From: Octopus vulgaris
Taxonomy: Eukaryota
Direction: 5' to 3'
Assembly (NCBI GenBank): GCA_951406725.2
Contig: OX597825.1
Coordinates: forward strand, 21,018,001-21,082,000
DNA: 64,000 bases
Below the pieces are notes generated by a model. It did not search any database. It was not told the origin of the DNA and saw only the letters and a program-made list of their open reading frames with translations. Position numbers and translations under genes: made by a program. Below are positions 51,067 to 64,000 of the stretch, one piece after another (positions within the stretch are counted from its first letter, which is position 1; each line of letters opens with the position of its first letter).

Positions 51067-51488
51067 ACACAATAATGCAATGTTGATGTATAAGCCTGTC
51101 ATGTACTTTATAGCATATTATGGTTGTAAAATGAAATACTGTGACCTTGCCAATAATTAATTTACATGATGTCTTCACCTGGTGGAGAAAAGAAGTTATG
51201 AAATTCATTCTGTTTTCGACATTAGCAGAGCAGTTGAAATAATTACAATGGAGCAATCAAAACTTTTGCAGTGTTGACTTTATTTGGATCGTATAAAATA
51301 TTCTTATGACACTCACTACTTGTATACAATAAGCAAAACTTTTCAAAACAAGATTAGATTGAAGTTTGGCTGTTTTTTTATTAGTAAGTCAGAACGAGTA
51401 GGTCACTGAACTTAGTGATTGATAACACTATTGCTGTTGTTTAGGTTAGCTGAGATTTTTATGGAGTAAAATGATAAAGATTATTAAA

Positions 51489-51875
51489 AAGGTGCAGGCG
51501 TGGCTGTGTGGTAAGATGCTTGCTTCCCACCTGCATGGTTTGGGGTTCAGTCCCACTGTGTGGTAACCTGAGCAAGTGTCTTTTATAGCCTCAGGCTGAC
51601 CAAAAGCTTTGTGAGTGGATTTGGTAAATGGAAACTGAAAGAAGCCTGTCGTGTGTGTGTGTGTCTCTTTGTGTCTGTGTTTGTCCCCCACCATCACTTG
51701 ACAACTGGTATTGATGTGTTTATGTCACTGTAACATAGCAGTTCAACAAAAGCGATTGATAGAATAAATACCAGGCTTGAAAAAAAAGTAAATTAGTGCT
51801 GGGGTTGATTCAGTTGGCTATAAGTCCTTCAAGGTGGTGCCCCAGCATGGTCTGTTGACTGAAACAAGTAAAAAA
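51489..51875 (+). mobile_element. SINE family D, older copy
   Basis: diverged head and tail. Confidence 0.8.
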
Positions 51876-52987
51876 AATATATCTACTCTATGAATTCCTG
51901 TTTTTCTCTACATGTTTTATACATCCGGGGCTAGAAGTGAACTCTTGAGACATTTATTGAAAATTGAAGAACTGAATCCCTTAGGTCAGCACTGGTATTA
52001 CCCCTAGTCATCTTAATATATCACACTTTTACATGCAAACAAATCCATGGGTTGGGATTGAACCCAGAAACTTTTATCATAAATCCAATTCTGATATCCA
52101 ACCTATTAGTGTCTCTTGAATATATGTTAGTAGTCATTTAACCCTTTTGTTACCGTATTTATTTTGAGATGCTCTGTGCTTCTTTCAATTATTTTAAATA
52201 TAACAAAGAATTTAATGAAATAAGTTCATTATCATTAAGCTAGTGTTAGGAACATAAATTGTGACTAAGTTTTGGTGGAAGATTTAAATTCAAAACTTAT
52301 GTAAACATGACATTTGTATTAGAGCTAGAGGCAGTTTCAGCCGGGTTGGTATTGAAAGGGTTAATCTTCAATTTTTCTTGATATTTTTATAAAGCTAGTC
52401 TTAGTTTAACTATTGTCAACTGTCCTCTAAAAAAAAAAAGAAAGTGTCCGGTGATGAATCCAACTTAACTAAGCAAATGACTTTCTCCAGTTGTATAACT
52501 TAACGACCGAGAGTTTTTAAGATGTAAATGATATTAAATATTTTAATTAAACACTAAGTAAAGTATCTATTCATAAATAAATAAGGAACTTTCTGAAAAC
52601 TAACTGAATATGGACAGCTGTCGTATGATATATGATAATGAGGTGCTTCATAGAGAGGCCAATGTTTGTATGCTGTCAGTGACGTTGCATCATATTCATG
52701 GTCTGAACACTTAACTCTTAAGGGTCAAATCCATCTTGCTCTAAACAGGTCTTATCAGTACCAGTTTAGTTTAGTTCCCTGATGTTGTTAATCAGTGGCA
52801 GGAACCTAATCTGTTAGCTTGCAGTGTTTTATACTGTTACCTTCTGCAGGAATTGCTTGTTGTGATAGGTCAGTGCCACATCCAAGAGATTGATCTCTTG
52901 TTCATTTAATGCTGCAGGAAGTAAAGTTGAGCACTGGTACTCCTGATTTTTATGATCTAGTAACTAATCATGGTACATTCCATTGAG

Positions 52988-53290
52988 TGGAGGTACATGG
53001 CCTAGTGGTTAGAGCAGCGGACTTGCAGTCAAGGGATCGCGAGTTCAAATCTCAGACCTGGCAGTGTGTGTGTTTATGAGTGAAACACCTAAGCTCCATG
53101 TGACTCCGGCAGAAGGTAATGGCGAACTTCTGCTGACTCTTTTGCCACAACTTTCTCTCACTCTTTCCTCCTGCATCTTGCAGTTCACCTGCGACGGACT
53201 GGCGTCCCGTCCAGGTGGGAACCTATATGCCAAGGAAACCGGGAAACCGGCTCTTATGAGCCAGCTGTGGCTCAAGAAGGAAAAAAAAAA
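52988..53290 (+). mobile_element. SINE family A' + tail W
   Basis: flanked by repeated ACATTCCATTGAG (TSD). Confidence 0.88.
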
Positions 53291-55601
53291 ACATTCCATT
53301 GAGATTTGTCTGGCCATCACCATTTTTCCAAGTAACAATGTTTATTGAAATCTATACATCTATGGTTGTATGTTGGTGCAATTTGCTAGCACACTTATCG
53401 TGGAAATATAGAGATGAGGGTTCGTGTCCCACACGTAAGGGAAAACCTACTTTTTAAACAGTGGTGCATCAGCATGGCCACAGCTCTGAGCTGAAACTAG
53501 AGAAAAAAAAAATCTAAATTACACAGTGAAAAAGTAATTACAATTTCAACTACTACAGCTCATAGGGACCAATCACCTTGTTTGCAAGGCACGTAAGTGA
53601 CCGAGATCATAAAATACTTATTGAATGGGATGCCAGTCTATCTCAGAGTAATTTATTTATAGCCGGAGCATTGTGAAATGAAGTGTTGTGTTTGAGAACC
53701 CAATGCAGCGCCTGATCCAGGAATCGAAACCATGATCTTGTGATTCTGAGTGCAGCGCCCTTACCACTGGGATATGCACCTTCAAAAATGACATGGCTTA
53801 TGCCAAATAGAGCTGATCTGAAGAGAGGATGTAGAAAGAAACCTAACCTCTTTGTAGTCTGCTTACCTCCTGCATATTGTTTTCAACTTAGATTCTAATC
53901 TTTACAGCAACACTGTGAATATACACAAAATCAGATTAGATGAGATTTAACGAGATTCTGGAATCTTCTCCTTTCACCACTCTTTTTTTTCTTTCCACCA
54001 AGGTCCACACCAATCACCATTCTTATCGATTTCAAAAGCTCAACTTAACCAACTTCATTATAATCTTATGGAATCTATAACTTTGAACCTCCATTTAAGA
54101 AAGAAAAAAAAACCCTATTTAAGCATGAAATCTATGAATTAATTAATCCCCTTTTTCTATTTTTAGACTATGAACCGGAACGCCACAGTTCTGAAGACCC
54201 TGATACTTCCATGCCCCTAGGTGACTCCAGTTTGTCTCTCCTTGCCCTTTATATTTTGTTTCTAAATGTATTTTTTCTTCTTCTTTAAGTTCCAATATAT
54301 TCACCATTCCTGTCCACAAGGCCACAATATAATTGCTTTTAACAGCTTGCCTTTTCTTTGTATTTTTTTCTCTTTTTTTTTTTTGCTTATTAATAATGCA
54401 AATATTTTATTTAGAATTAGCTTATTAATTCTTTTAGTGAACCGAAGGTAAAAACCATCATTGCAGAAAACTTCTTTAATGCACTGCTTTCTGTTAAGGG
54501 TCATTTACTTCATTCTTTCTTTCTTTTTTTTTTTTTTTGATGTCCATTTTTCCATGCCAGCATGGGTTAGGTGAGTGAATTATCGAGGCATTGTTTTACA
54601 GCCGGATGCCCTTCCTGTTGCTAACCCTTCCCAGTTTTTGAAGTCAGGGTGTTTTCCATTCCACTTGTCTTTGAAAGTGCAGAACTACCAGACATTTTTT
54701 GACAGGAAATACTAACAGATAACACTGTTCAAATGCACACAGACACATGATGATATTTTTTGTTCTGTTTCTGTCTTTGAAATCCACTTGTAAGGCTTTG
54801 GTTGGCCCAGGGCTATAGTAGAAAACACTTTGCTCAGAGTGCTACATAGTGGGACTGAACCTGGAAACATGTGGTTGCAAAGTAAGCTTGTTAATCACAC
54901 AGCCATGTCTGTGTTGGTTGAAATTGTGTGTGTGTGTATTAATGGGACTCCACAATGCAACACCTTGAGCAAGTGTTGTCTACCCTAATGTCAAGGTGAT
55001 CTAAAATTTCTAAGTGAAACACCAAATAGATAGAAACTGTGGAATCTGGTTGGGTCAGCTGTACTTGTAATTCAAGATGTCATTTCAAGCCAGTGATGGA
55101 ACCTCTGCATAGTTGCTTAGCTTAGCTTGCTAGAAACAACAGCTAAATGCTTTTAAATTACACCGTACTGCCTCAAAAAAGGGGTGAGATAGTTATATAC
55201 TGTTTGGTGGAGGGTGTGGGTCATAGCTGGAATACCTTTTGATACAAGTCTGCTTGGTTCTGAGTAATTTGGAGCTAGAAAAAACAACTACAGCAGTTGC
55301 ATGCTATGTCTACCTCAAGGTGAAGGGTTAAAGTATTTGTGGAATTTGCTCAGTTACTTATTCTGTGATCCAAAGTGAAAGTAGCTCCACTGATTGATCG
55401 GCTGAAACATTTATTTTAAAATAAACCATTTGGATCTGTAAACAGTCTGTACCACAAAAGAGTATTAAAGAGAATTGCTTTTAATGGGAAATTTTGAGTA
55501 GTGATTATGATCCTTTTGAAAATTTGCCAAGCTCAAAGTTCAGTCCTGTAATGACTGAGCAGAAAATATATCTAAAAATGTGTTTATTCAAATGCTTATA
55601 A

Positions 55602-55953
55602 TCTCCATATATATAAACGGCAAAATGTCTGTGTGTCCTTTATACAAATCCACAATTTTTCAGTTAGAGGGCTCGCACTTTCTATGGTCATTCAAAACCA
55701 TCCAAGGGTGGTCGTGCACATCTTTACATTTCCCCAGTCACCCCACAAAGTCATTAAAAAATCAATAGAAATGACTTTTTTGTGAATTTTTTATCCAAAA
55801 CCCAATCAAAGTGCCCGAAACTTGATACGCCAATTGAATGCCAGCTAGCTGTATGTGATTGGTCGGAGATTTGTACAGTGTATGTGCGCACGCATGCAAC
55901 TGTATATGCATGCACTAGCACTATGACCCAGCGTTGCCGGATCATAGTGCTAG
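55602..55953 (+). mobile_element. non-autonomous Helitron-like element
   Basis: A|TC start like 10447; hairpin GACCCAGCGTTGCCGGATC; CTAG|T end. Confidence 0.75.
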
Positions 55954-57036
55954 TGTGTTTATAATCGGTTATAATCGGCTCACGATTTTAAGGTTGTGAT
56001 CTCGATTACTGGCGACGTGTTGTGTCCTTGAGCAAGACACTTTATTTCATGTTGCTCCAGTGCACTCAGCTGGCAAAAATGAGTTGTACTTGTATTTCAA
56101 AGGGCCAGCCTTGTCACACTTTGTGTCATGCTGAATCTCCCTGAGAACTACGTTAGGGGTACACGTGTCTGTGGATTGCTCAGTCACATGCACATTAATT
56201 TCATGAGCGGGCTTTTCCGTTGATGGTATCAGCTGGGACCCTCGTCATTGTAAACCGACGGAGTGCTCCTATAATGTGTTTACTCATGGTCAGATTATTG
56301 TGAAGACTGGCTTTAGGGCGGGAAAAAAATTTAGTTCTTTTTAATTAAAGCAGATAGTCATTTACACTAAAAATAATGTTTGTGTATGTATGGTTGATAA
56401 CTTATGACGTAATAATAAAAATAATAATAAAAAACAAATGGACGAAAGCAGATACACAACAATAAGACAATGGAATGAGTTAGTTAAATGCAATTAGTGA
56501 CAGGCATGGATGTACAAACGTCACGCACAAAAAAATAGTTTTCACTGACCTTTTTTGCATTGTTTTCATTATGGAATCTACAGATTAGCTGAATTCAAAG
56601 CAGCCAGCTGTACATTAAAGTTTCATAAGAAAAATCACCAAAAGCAAATTGCAAAAATTCAGCAAAACATGCATTGATTTTCAAACTGAAAGTTAAGGAT
56701 TGTAAATAAAGCAGCGGTGCATCAGCATGGTTGCAGCTCTGAGCTGAAACTAGAGAAAAAAAAATGATAGAGAAAAGGATTAGCTCTTTGGCATTTAAAC
56801 TGGCGATATTCAGCCAAAATATTCTATCTGTGCTGAAGCTGGCCAGATCTGACGTCTCACATTTACCCTACAATGTCAGAGTACAAATAAACAATCATAT
56901 CATTGAAATCTTGAAGCCAAGAGATAATGCATGATTAATTCAAAACATTGTGAATGAATATTATATTTGAGAGAGTAATCTGAATGGTAAATGGTTAAAG
57001 TGCTCTCCCTTAGATTAGAGACATAACCTGATCTAA

Positions 57037-57755
57037 CCGTTTAGCATTCAGATTACTCCGTCAAATGAAATACCATAAATCCTCGAGTATAATCCACATT
57101 TTTTCCCCAAAATTTAAAGGTCAAAATCCTTAGTGCATACTATATATGAGGTTAAAAATGAAAATTATTTTCTAAGCAATGTCCGAGTCTCTATTTGCTG
57201 TCTGACAATGTTTATTCAGACGCATTTTGTGATGTCAGGCGCGAAAATACCTTAAGCTAAGCCTGAAAGCAATGAAGTCATAAAAGAATCATCCATAACT
57301 TGCAGTAAGCAACATTTATTAAACGTTATTACTGTTATTTCTTTATTTTCTGCAAACAAAATGCACAAAAAGCTACGCGTTTGCATTATGTTATATATAT
57401 ACAATAATAATAAAGGACATTACCATATACATTTTTACAAACCAAGGACATTATATAGACCTCCTTGACTCAAGTTAGAGAAGGGGTGTGTATTATACAC
57501 AAGGTTTAGGTTTTTCAGAGGTACAACCCCCTAAAAATCCCCTGCGTATTATACTCAAGGGCAAACTATACTCGAGGATTTACGGTATTTATTAAGTCAC
57601 TTTGTTTTGAATTCATCACGTATCATCTTGTAGCTTCGAGATTTCTATGATGGGATTACTTATTCTTAAAACGGCATTGTTAGATAGGTGTGAGAGTTTG
57701 GATCTGGTGAGTTTGAACATAATGGCTGGATGTGGCCATTTTAAATGCTAAACGG
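57037..57755. mobile_element. piggyBac-like MITE family 1 hosting a TA-MITE
   Basis: TIR CCGTTTAGCATT / AATGCTAAACGG; TTAA on the right side. Confidence 0.75.
57073..57585 (+). mobile_element. Tc1/mariner(pogo)-like MITE
   Basis: TA TSDs at 57071-57072 and 57586-57587; TIR CC(A/G)TAAATCCTCGAGTATA. Confidence 0.88.
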
Positions 57756-58176
57756 TTAAAACAATTACAAACAATTGTTTTGAATCAGGCAATATAAAGA
57801 CTAAGAAATACATGTGCTGTTGGATGGATTTGTGTTGTTCTCAACTCAGAACATGCGTGCACTACACATATGAATGCATATATATTTGTGTACCATTTGT
57901 GATGGTTAATTTCTCAGACAAATTTGTTGAGTATGTGTCATTAAGTTACAGTTCTAACTTCAAATACTCCTTCTGTCCTAGAAAAGACAACAAGAAATCG
58001 TTTCAGTATATGCGTTGTGCAAATCCCTACCTGATCTTCAGTTGTGGCCCTGTCACCCAATAGGGCTGTTAAAAAAATACTACTTACTACTAATTGGCTT
58101 AATTACCTTTCTTTAAGAGTTATTGTATATATAGAACTGATTTATAATGTAGTAATGCTTGCTGTATGCGTTTTTC

Positions 58177-58213
<37 letters not shown>

Positions 58214-58314
58214 TTGCAGTTTGGTAGTTTTGAAAACAACAGTGTTTCTCTTGTGATATGGATATGTATATGTATGTTTTTGTGTCTATTATTCGATTAA
58301 TATAGTTAGATTCG

Positions 58315-58452
58315 GTTCATTTTCTTACATGGCCTCTGTGTTTCAGCAAAGCATGTATTCACAAAGATTCTATCTGATGAGGCTTTAGAAATACATGCTT
58401 TGCTGAGAGAGAGAGAGAGAGACACACATCACGGCCATGTAAGAACATGAAT
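58315..58452. repeat. foldback with a disrupted hammerhead core
   Basis: TTCTTACATGGCC..TCAGCAAAGCATGTATT / AATACATGCTTTGCTGA..GGCCATGTAAGAA; CTGATGA at 58374. Confidence 0.6.
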
Positions 58453-61205
58453 AAATTTAATTATACTAAAATCTGTCTCTAACACTAAACTCTTTTGTTT
58501 TCCATCTTTTTTTTTTTTTACTTGTGAACTGTTATAATTTCCAGGCTGTCCCTCCCCCTCTTCCATCACTTCAACATATATGTGCCTACATACACATAAA
58601 GATGCATATTTGTATGTACTTACTTTTTCTTGTGCTAATTAGGAATAGATTTTTCAGATTTAAATCATCTCCTGTTTGCTTAACCCAAATATAATTTTGC
58701 TAATCATTAATAACTTATGAGACTTCAAGTGTTTTAGAAACATGTATCTGGACTGTTGTCAGTTAACTGAGTCTCTCAAGTTTACTTGCTTTGAATTGTC
58801 TTTTGTTTTTGTTTTTGCTTACTTTGTGTCTCAACAGTTTTATAATCTTAACACCAGCAATGTTAAAGCTTTTAAGAAATGTGTTGTTTCTCTCAATGGC
58901 AGAATAGAAATAAAATGGATAAGTGGACAGACATGGTGATTGAGTATCATTTTGTAGAGTTTTGGTTGTTAATCGTTTGCTGACTCATCAGCAACTAAAT
59001 AAGACGAAAGAAGAGCAACCAACACAATGGAGCCAGAAGTGCAATAACTTAGATTGCAAGAGTTTGGGGTGTGGCATGAGAGATGGAAAGAGATAGGTGT
59101 GGAGGTGGTCAGAATTATATAGGGGCAAGTGGAGTTAGTGGCAGACGAGAGTGGTCGATGGTAGTGTGTGAGTGTTGGTGTGTGGAGGGTTGAAATTGAC
59201 AGGAAGCTCCTCAGCAGAGAGGGAGTGATGACTGGCAGCACAGAAAGGGCAGTCTATGGAAAATATGGGAGTTAAGAATGAGGAATGGACATGAAACAGA
59301 ATTGCTTCAGTGGCGAGGGAGAGATAATTGGTTGTCAAAGTATACACACAAACACATGTATGCGTACATCATCATCATAATCATCATTTAACGTCCGTTT
59401 TCCATGCTGGCATGGGTTGGACGATTTTGACTGAGGGCTGGCGAACCAAATGGCTGCACCAGGCTCCAATCTTGATCTGACAGAGTTTCTACAGCTGGAT
59501 GCCCTTCCTAATGCCTACATATGCATATATAATGCGTGCACACACACACACACATCATGTGTCAACAGCTGTCCCCTTCTTTGTGCCTAGAAAATCCTTA
59601 ACCCCTTAGCATTTAAACTGGCCACATCTGACCCAGATATTCTATTTGTTTCATGTTCAAATCAGCCAGGTCTGGCCTTTCAAAGCTACAAAAAATGCAT
59701 GATTGTGTGTGTGTGTGTGTGTGCAATGCATGATGGATTCAAAGCAATGTCAATGAATAAACATTGCACTTGACAAAGTAATCTGAACGTGAAAGGGTTG
59801 GCATGTCAGATTTTTGAGAATTCTTGAGATTTATCTCCTCCGTTTGGGGATTTGTTCCAGTTGCCACCAAGCAATTGTTTTACCTTCTTTTGAAGCAGAG
59901 TTAATTTCAGTAAATCAAGAATTAATTTCTATGTTATTTGATATTCCCTTATTCATCTGTATCTGTCTATTGTATGTATATATATGTACGTATATGTAAG
60001 GATGTGTACATATACTTACATAAAATATTCCAGTTTATTAATCAAATGAAAGAGTACTCAATGCATGATGTAGAGTATGTTGTTTATTTGAACAGAAATT
60101 CTTTTTCTTTCCAAATCCAGGTTTGCACTTATGTGTTTTAATTACATTCTAAAATAATTGTGAATATAAATTGGTTTTGTGAAATGGCTCTAACTTTTTG
60201 TTTTTCATTAATCAATATATTTATGTGGTGTTTTGAACACAACAAAGGATAATTAAAAAAATCTCTTGGAATTTTCTCTAAAAATCTATTCTGATTACTG
60301 ATAAGTACAAGTAAAAGTCAGTTAAATATAAAATTATCAAAATTTTATTAAAATATTGTATATAATGAGTTTATTTGCCAGTATTGTATCATAGCTTCTT
60401 ATAGATACATGCATATAATTATAATGTATATTGAAAGTATAAAACAGTGCTATTATACACAACTAAATTATGCTTCAATTTTTTTTTATTTTCACATTTG
60501 CTTTAAAAATATTGCAGAAAATATTTTTAAAATGAAACTGGTTAAAATTCTCTATTACTTTATCCTCTGTTTGGTAATATACAGTTGGTATGTTAGCACT
60601 GGTAGGATAATCCTGGCAGAAACATTAGTATGCCTGGTGAAATGCTTTGCGGTATTTCGTTTTCCGCTACGTTCTGTGTTCAAATTCCACGGGGGTCGAT
60701 CTAATCGACTTAATCCGTTTGTCTGTCCTTGTTTGTCCTCTCTGTGTTTAGCCCCTTTATGGGTAGTAAAGAAATAGGTATTTATTATTTTATGCCATGG
60801 TAAAATTTGATGTGAAATGATTACGATTAATCTAAATCTAACCATCCTTCCTTCTTTTGGTGGAAGTGTTTAATTGTAATGACCTCATGGGCAAAAGTAT
60901 TGAACTTATCAAAAGTAGTTCAGATCTATTGATTTGTTATTGGTAGACTTCCTCAGTTCACATACGTGTGTGTGTGGGGAGGGTATTAGAAATTCTTTGG
61001 ATATTTTGGGAATGTGGCATGTAAAGAGACTGCTGTTCCATCCTTGGGAAGTTGCAACTGTCGTACTTCTTTCTGTACAGAACTAGGAGTTTATGTAAAA
61101 TCCTGCAGCTTGTGAAGATGCATTGTCTCGAAAAAGTTTGTACTGTAAGAAGACAGTGTTTGAATTCCAGAACCCCCTACCCCCTACGCACTCACTCTTA
61201 TATAA

Positions 61206-61609
61206 TCTATATATATAAAGCTGAAGTTGTCTGTGTGTATGGCCGGTTTGGTAGCCTTCAACTAACACTATCTCCTCCGAGACCCTGCGGCGCAAGTTGA
61301 CCAAACTTGAGAGTATGATAGAAGAAGGCTTGCTCCTCATTCTGTAGAAGATAAAATTCAAATCGGACCATGTTAACACCAAAAATTATTTACATCAAAA
61401 TGGTGCTTTTTTTCCTATGAAAATCCCTATTTTTTACGATTTTTTTTTTTTTTTTTACTGTTGTGTCACCATTTTTCAGTGTATTTCAACCAGAAAAATG
61501 TTCACTTAAAGAGAATAACAAGCTACACCGTGGAAAAATTTTTACTTTTCAAAAATTCCATTTCTAAAGGGTTGAAACAAACCCGAGCAATGCTGGGCGA
61601 TACTGCTAG
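61206..61609 (+). mobile_element. non-autonomous Helitron-like element
   Basis: A|TC start; CCCGAGCAATGCTGGG hairpin; GATACTGCTAG|T end identical to 10821-10832. Confidence 0.8.
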
Positions 61610-61948
61610 TAATGGAAATAAAAGTTGAGTTACTGGACCACATAAATAATAATAATAATAATAATAATTATTAATGAATGAGTGAGTGGGTGGCCTATTA
61701 TGAGTGCTGATTAAAGTACATCACTTTATCCCAGTTTATCTGAATGACATTATAATAGATTCCATGGTGAGTAGTTTGTAGTTGTAGATGGGGGAAGAAA
61801 AGGAACATCAGTTGTGAATACAAGAAGACAAACAAAAGCCAAACAAAAGTACAAAGAAATAAAAAAAATATCTTACTCTTCCAGGCATAGAGTATTGGAT
61901 GTAGAATACTGTGTGTATGTCTGTGTATGCATATATATATATATATAT

Positions 61949-62248
61949 CACCGTGACCGACCAGGCTATTAGATGTTGCTACACATCGCTGGTCACAATG
62001 CACTTCGCATTGTTTTAGCCTTCAAATGACGCCACTACGCTGACTAAGCAAGCAGGCCAACAGAAGAAAGAGTGAGAGAAAGTTATGGTGAAAGATTAAA
62101 GCAGGGACCCCCCGCCCCTCCGCGGGTGCCTCGTGGAGCTTTAGGTGTTTTCACTCAATAAACACTCACAACGCCTGCTCTGGGAATTGAAACCGCAATC
62201 CTACAACTGTGAGTCTGCTGCCCTAACCACTGGGCCATTGCGCCTCCA
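61949..62248 (-). mobile_element. SINE family A head + tail Z
   Basis: reverse complement starts GGAGGCGCAATGGCCCAGTGG and ends GGTCGGTCACGGTGA(TA)n. Confidence 0.85.
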
Positions 62249-62559
62249 GACACACACACACACACACACACACACATAAAAAGCACTCATGCTGGCACCA
62301 CGTAAAAGTGCTTGTGCCTGTGACATGTTAAAAGCACCCCCAGCACACTGCAAAATGGTTGGCATTAGGAAGGGCATCCAGCCATAGAAACCAAGCCAAA
62401 AGTGACTGGAACATATTGTAGTTCTCCTGCTTGCCAGCTCTGGTCAAACCGTCCAACCCATGCCAGCATGTAAAACGGTCATTAAATGATAATGATGATG
62501 ATGATGATACAGCGTGTTGTATGTACAAACACTTGCAATGTTTATGTGTGTGTGTGTGT

Positions 62560-62885
62560 GAAGGCGTGTGGCTTAGTGGTTAGGGCATTCGGCTGATGAT
62601 TGTAAGGTCATGAGTTCAATTCCTGGCGACGCGTTGTGTCCTTGAGCAAGACACTTTATTTCACGTTGCTCCAGTCCACTCAGCTGGCAAAAATGAGTAG
62701 TACCTGTATTTTTCAAAGGGCCGGCCTTGTCACACTCTGTGTCACGCTGAATCTCCCCGAGAACTACGTTAAGGGTACACGTGTCTGTGGGTTGCTCAGT
62801 CACTTGCACGTTAATTCCACGAGGAAGCTGTTCCGTTGATCGTATCAGCTGGGACCCTCGTCGTCGTAACCGACGGAGTGCTCCT
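62560..62885 (+). mobile_element. SINE family B head + tail X
   Basis: near-consensus copy. Confidence 0.88.
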
Positions 62886-63066
62886 ATATATATGTGTGTG
62901 TGTGTGTGTGTGTATACATATTTATGCATGATGAATTTGAAGCACTAAACTCTGTTTTTAGTAATATTGCATCCAACAGCATGGAGTTTTCCTTTCTTTT
63001 TTTTTTATTTTATAAATTTGATTCTGTTAATTCCTGTGTTACCAAATTTGTGTTTTGTTTCTTCAG

Positions 63067-63257
63067 AATCGGAAAGGAATACCCAATCATCAAACCAACA
63101 GCAAACTTCCAACAATGAACTAAGCGTCCTAGAATCCTTCAAAGCAGTCTTGTCTATATCGACCGAACCTCTGGACTATGATCCTCAGGATTACCCATAT
63201 TTGATGAACAGCCCGCCTGGTTCACATCCTACCAGTGCCAGTGGCATATTCCTGTAA
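63067..63257 (+). CDS. ANKRD10: probable last coding exon of the ANKRD10-like gene (phase 1 start)
   Basis: strong acceptor tgtgttttgtttcttcag; only the phase-1 frame is open (ESERNTQSSNQQQ...DYDPQDYPYLMNSPPGSHPTSASGIFL*), matching the phase-1 donor at 26575; unique sequence; no recognised homology. Confidence 0.6.
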
Positions 63258-63639
63258 AGTAAGTTGTCTGCAGATTAAATTTTTTTTATTTGTTATTAAC
63301 CGTTCTAGTAATAACTTGCTCAAGATTTCCCCTGTGATAGAAATTTCCTGTTTTAAAATTATCGAAATTCCATCAAAATTTCCTGTTAAAATATGTTCCA
63401 ACCACCAGCTTAACCCATTCATTAGTATATTTCAAAGTAAAACACACCCCTTTTGAGTTTCAATTAAATACTAAAATAATTACAAATGTAGACTGGTTTC
63501 ATTAAACAACTGTAACTATTTTATTTATCGACATAATGTGATTTTTGGAATACAATTGAAGAAAAGGTTCTTAGTCAATTCTATTGCATAGCTTTTGTCT
63601 CAAAGTGATTCTAACTACCAGTATATACAAAATTTAAAA

Positions 63640-64000
63640 TTAAAATAATAAGGGTGAAAAATTGAATATTAATTTGATTAATATCAATTTAAAACCAGTG
63701 GTCTAGCATGTAGAAAAATCTGAAAATTCAGAAAAATTGTGTTACATACATATAAGAGGGGATGACCACTAAGTGGACATCCCATATGCTAGAAGTCGAC
63801 CCCCTATGGTCTTACCACTAAGAAAGGAATGTTCTCAAGAAAATTTAGCAAACGCCAGAATGTAAGCGAGCAAGACAAATGATAAAATACAAAATATACA
63901 GATTAATCCCGAACCAGTTTCGTTGTTACCACTTACGTAGAATGTCCACAACTCATCAGTGTGGTCGTCATAGCAAAATATAATTTGCAGAACTATACAC
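63640..64000 (-). mobile_element. Penelope-like pLTR segment with hammerhead
   Basis: homologous to 24600-24860; minus-strand CTGATGA-GTTGT...ACAAC-GAA-ACTGGT-T at 63907-63964. Confidence 0.6.

Noticed and set aside
58969-59347. Purine-rich island with minus-strand ORFs (similar character at 48110-48370)
   Set aside because: Possibly a decayed LINE 3' region, but no motif strong enough to assign.

Overview
This is AT-rich, repeat-saturated animal genomic DNA. The tRNA-derived SINE repertoire and long (TA/TG)n tracts suggest an octopus or other coleoid cephalopod (inferred from sequence, not verified). The window lies inside one + strand host gene, an ANKRD10-like ankyrin-repeat gene. Three frame-compatible coding exons are well supported (11371-11535, 13870-13961, 26292-26575) and a probable last coding exon lies at 63067-63257. 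The first coding exon was not found and is probably upstream. The introns hold at least six SINE-like families (my labels A-F) with swapped heads and tails, 5'-truncated CR1 and RTE LINE ends, TA- and TTAA-flanked MITEs, non-autonomous Helitron-like elements and microsatellites. Almost all ORFs in the supplied track are repeat artefacts. The most interesting signal is a set of about 11 minimal type-I hammerhead-ribozyme motifs in Penelope-like or retrozyme-like elements. These include a ~360-bp terminally redundant unit with two diverged members (34917-35392, 46530-46896), whose hammerheads carry a compensatory U3-A8 core and covary in all three stems. An inverted CR1 pair also brackets two ANKRD10 exons in a back-splicing configuration. 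Repeat boundaries were read by eye and are approximate, not every degraded SINE copy is listed, and no database searches were run.
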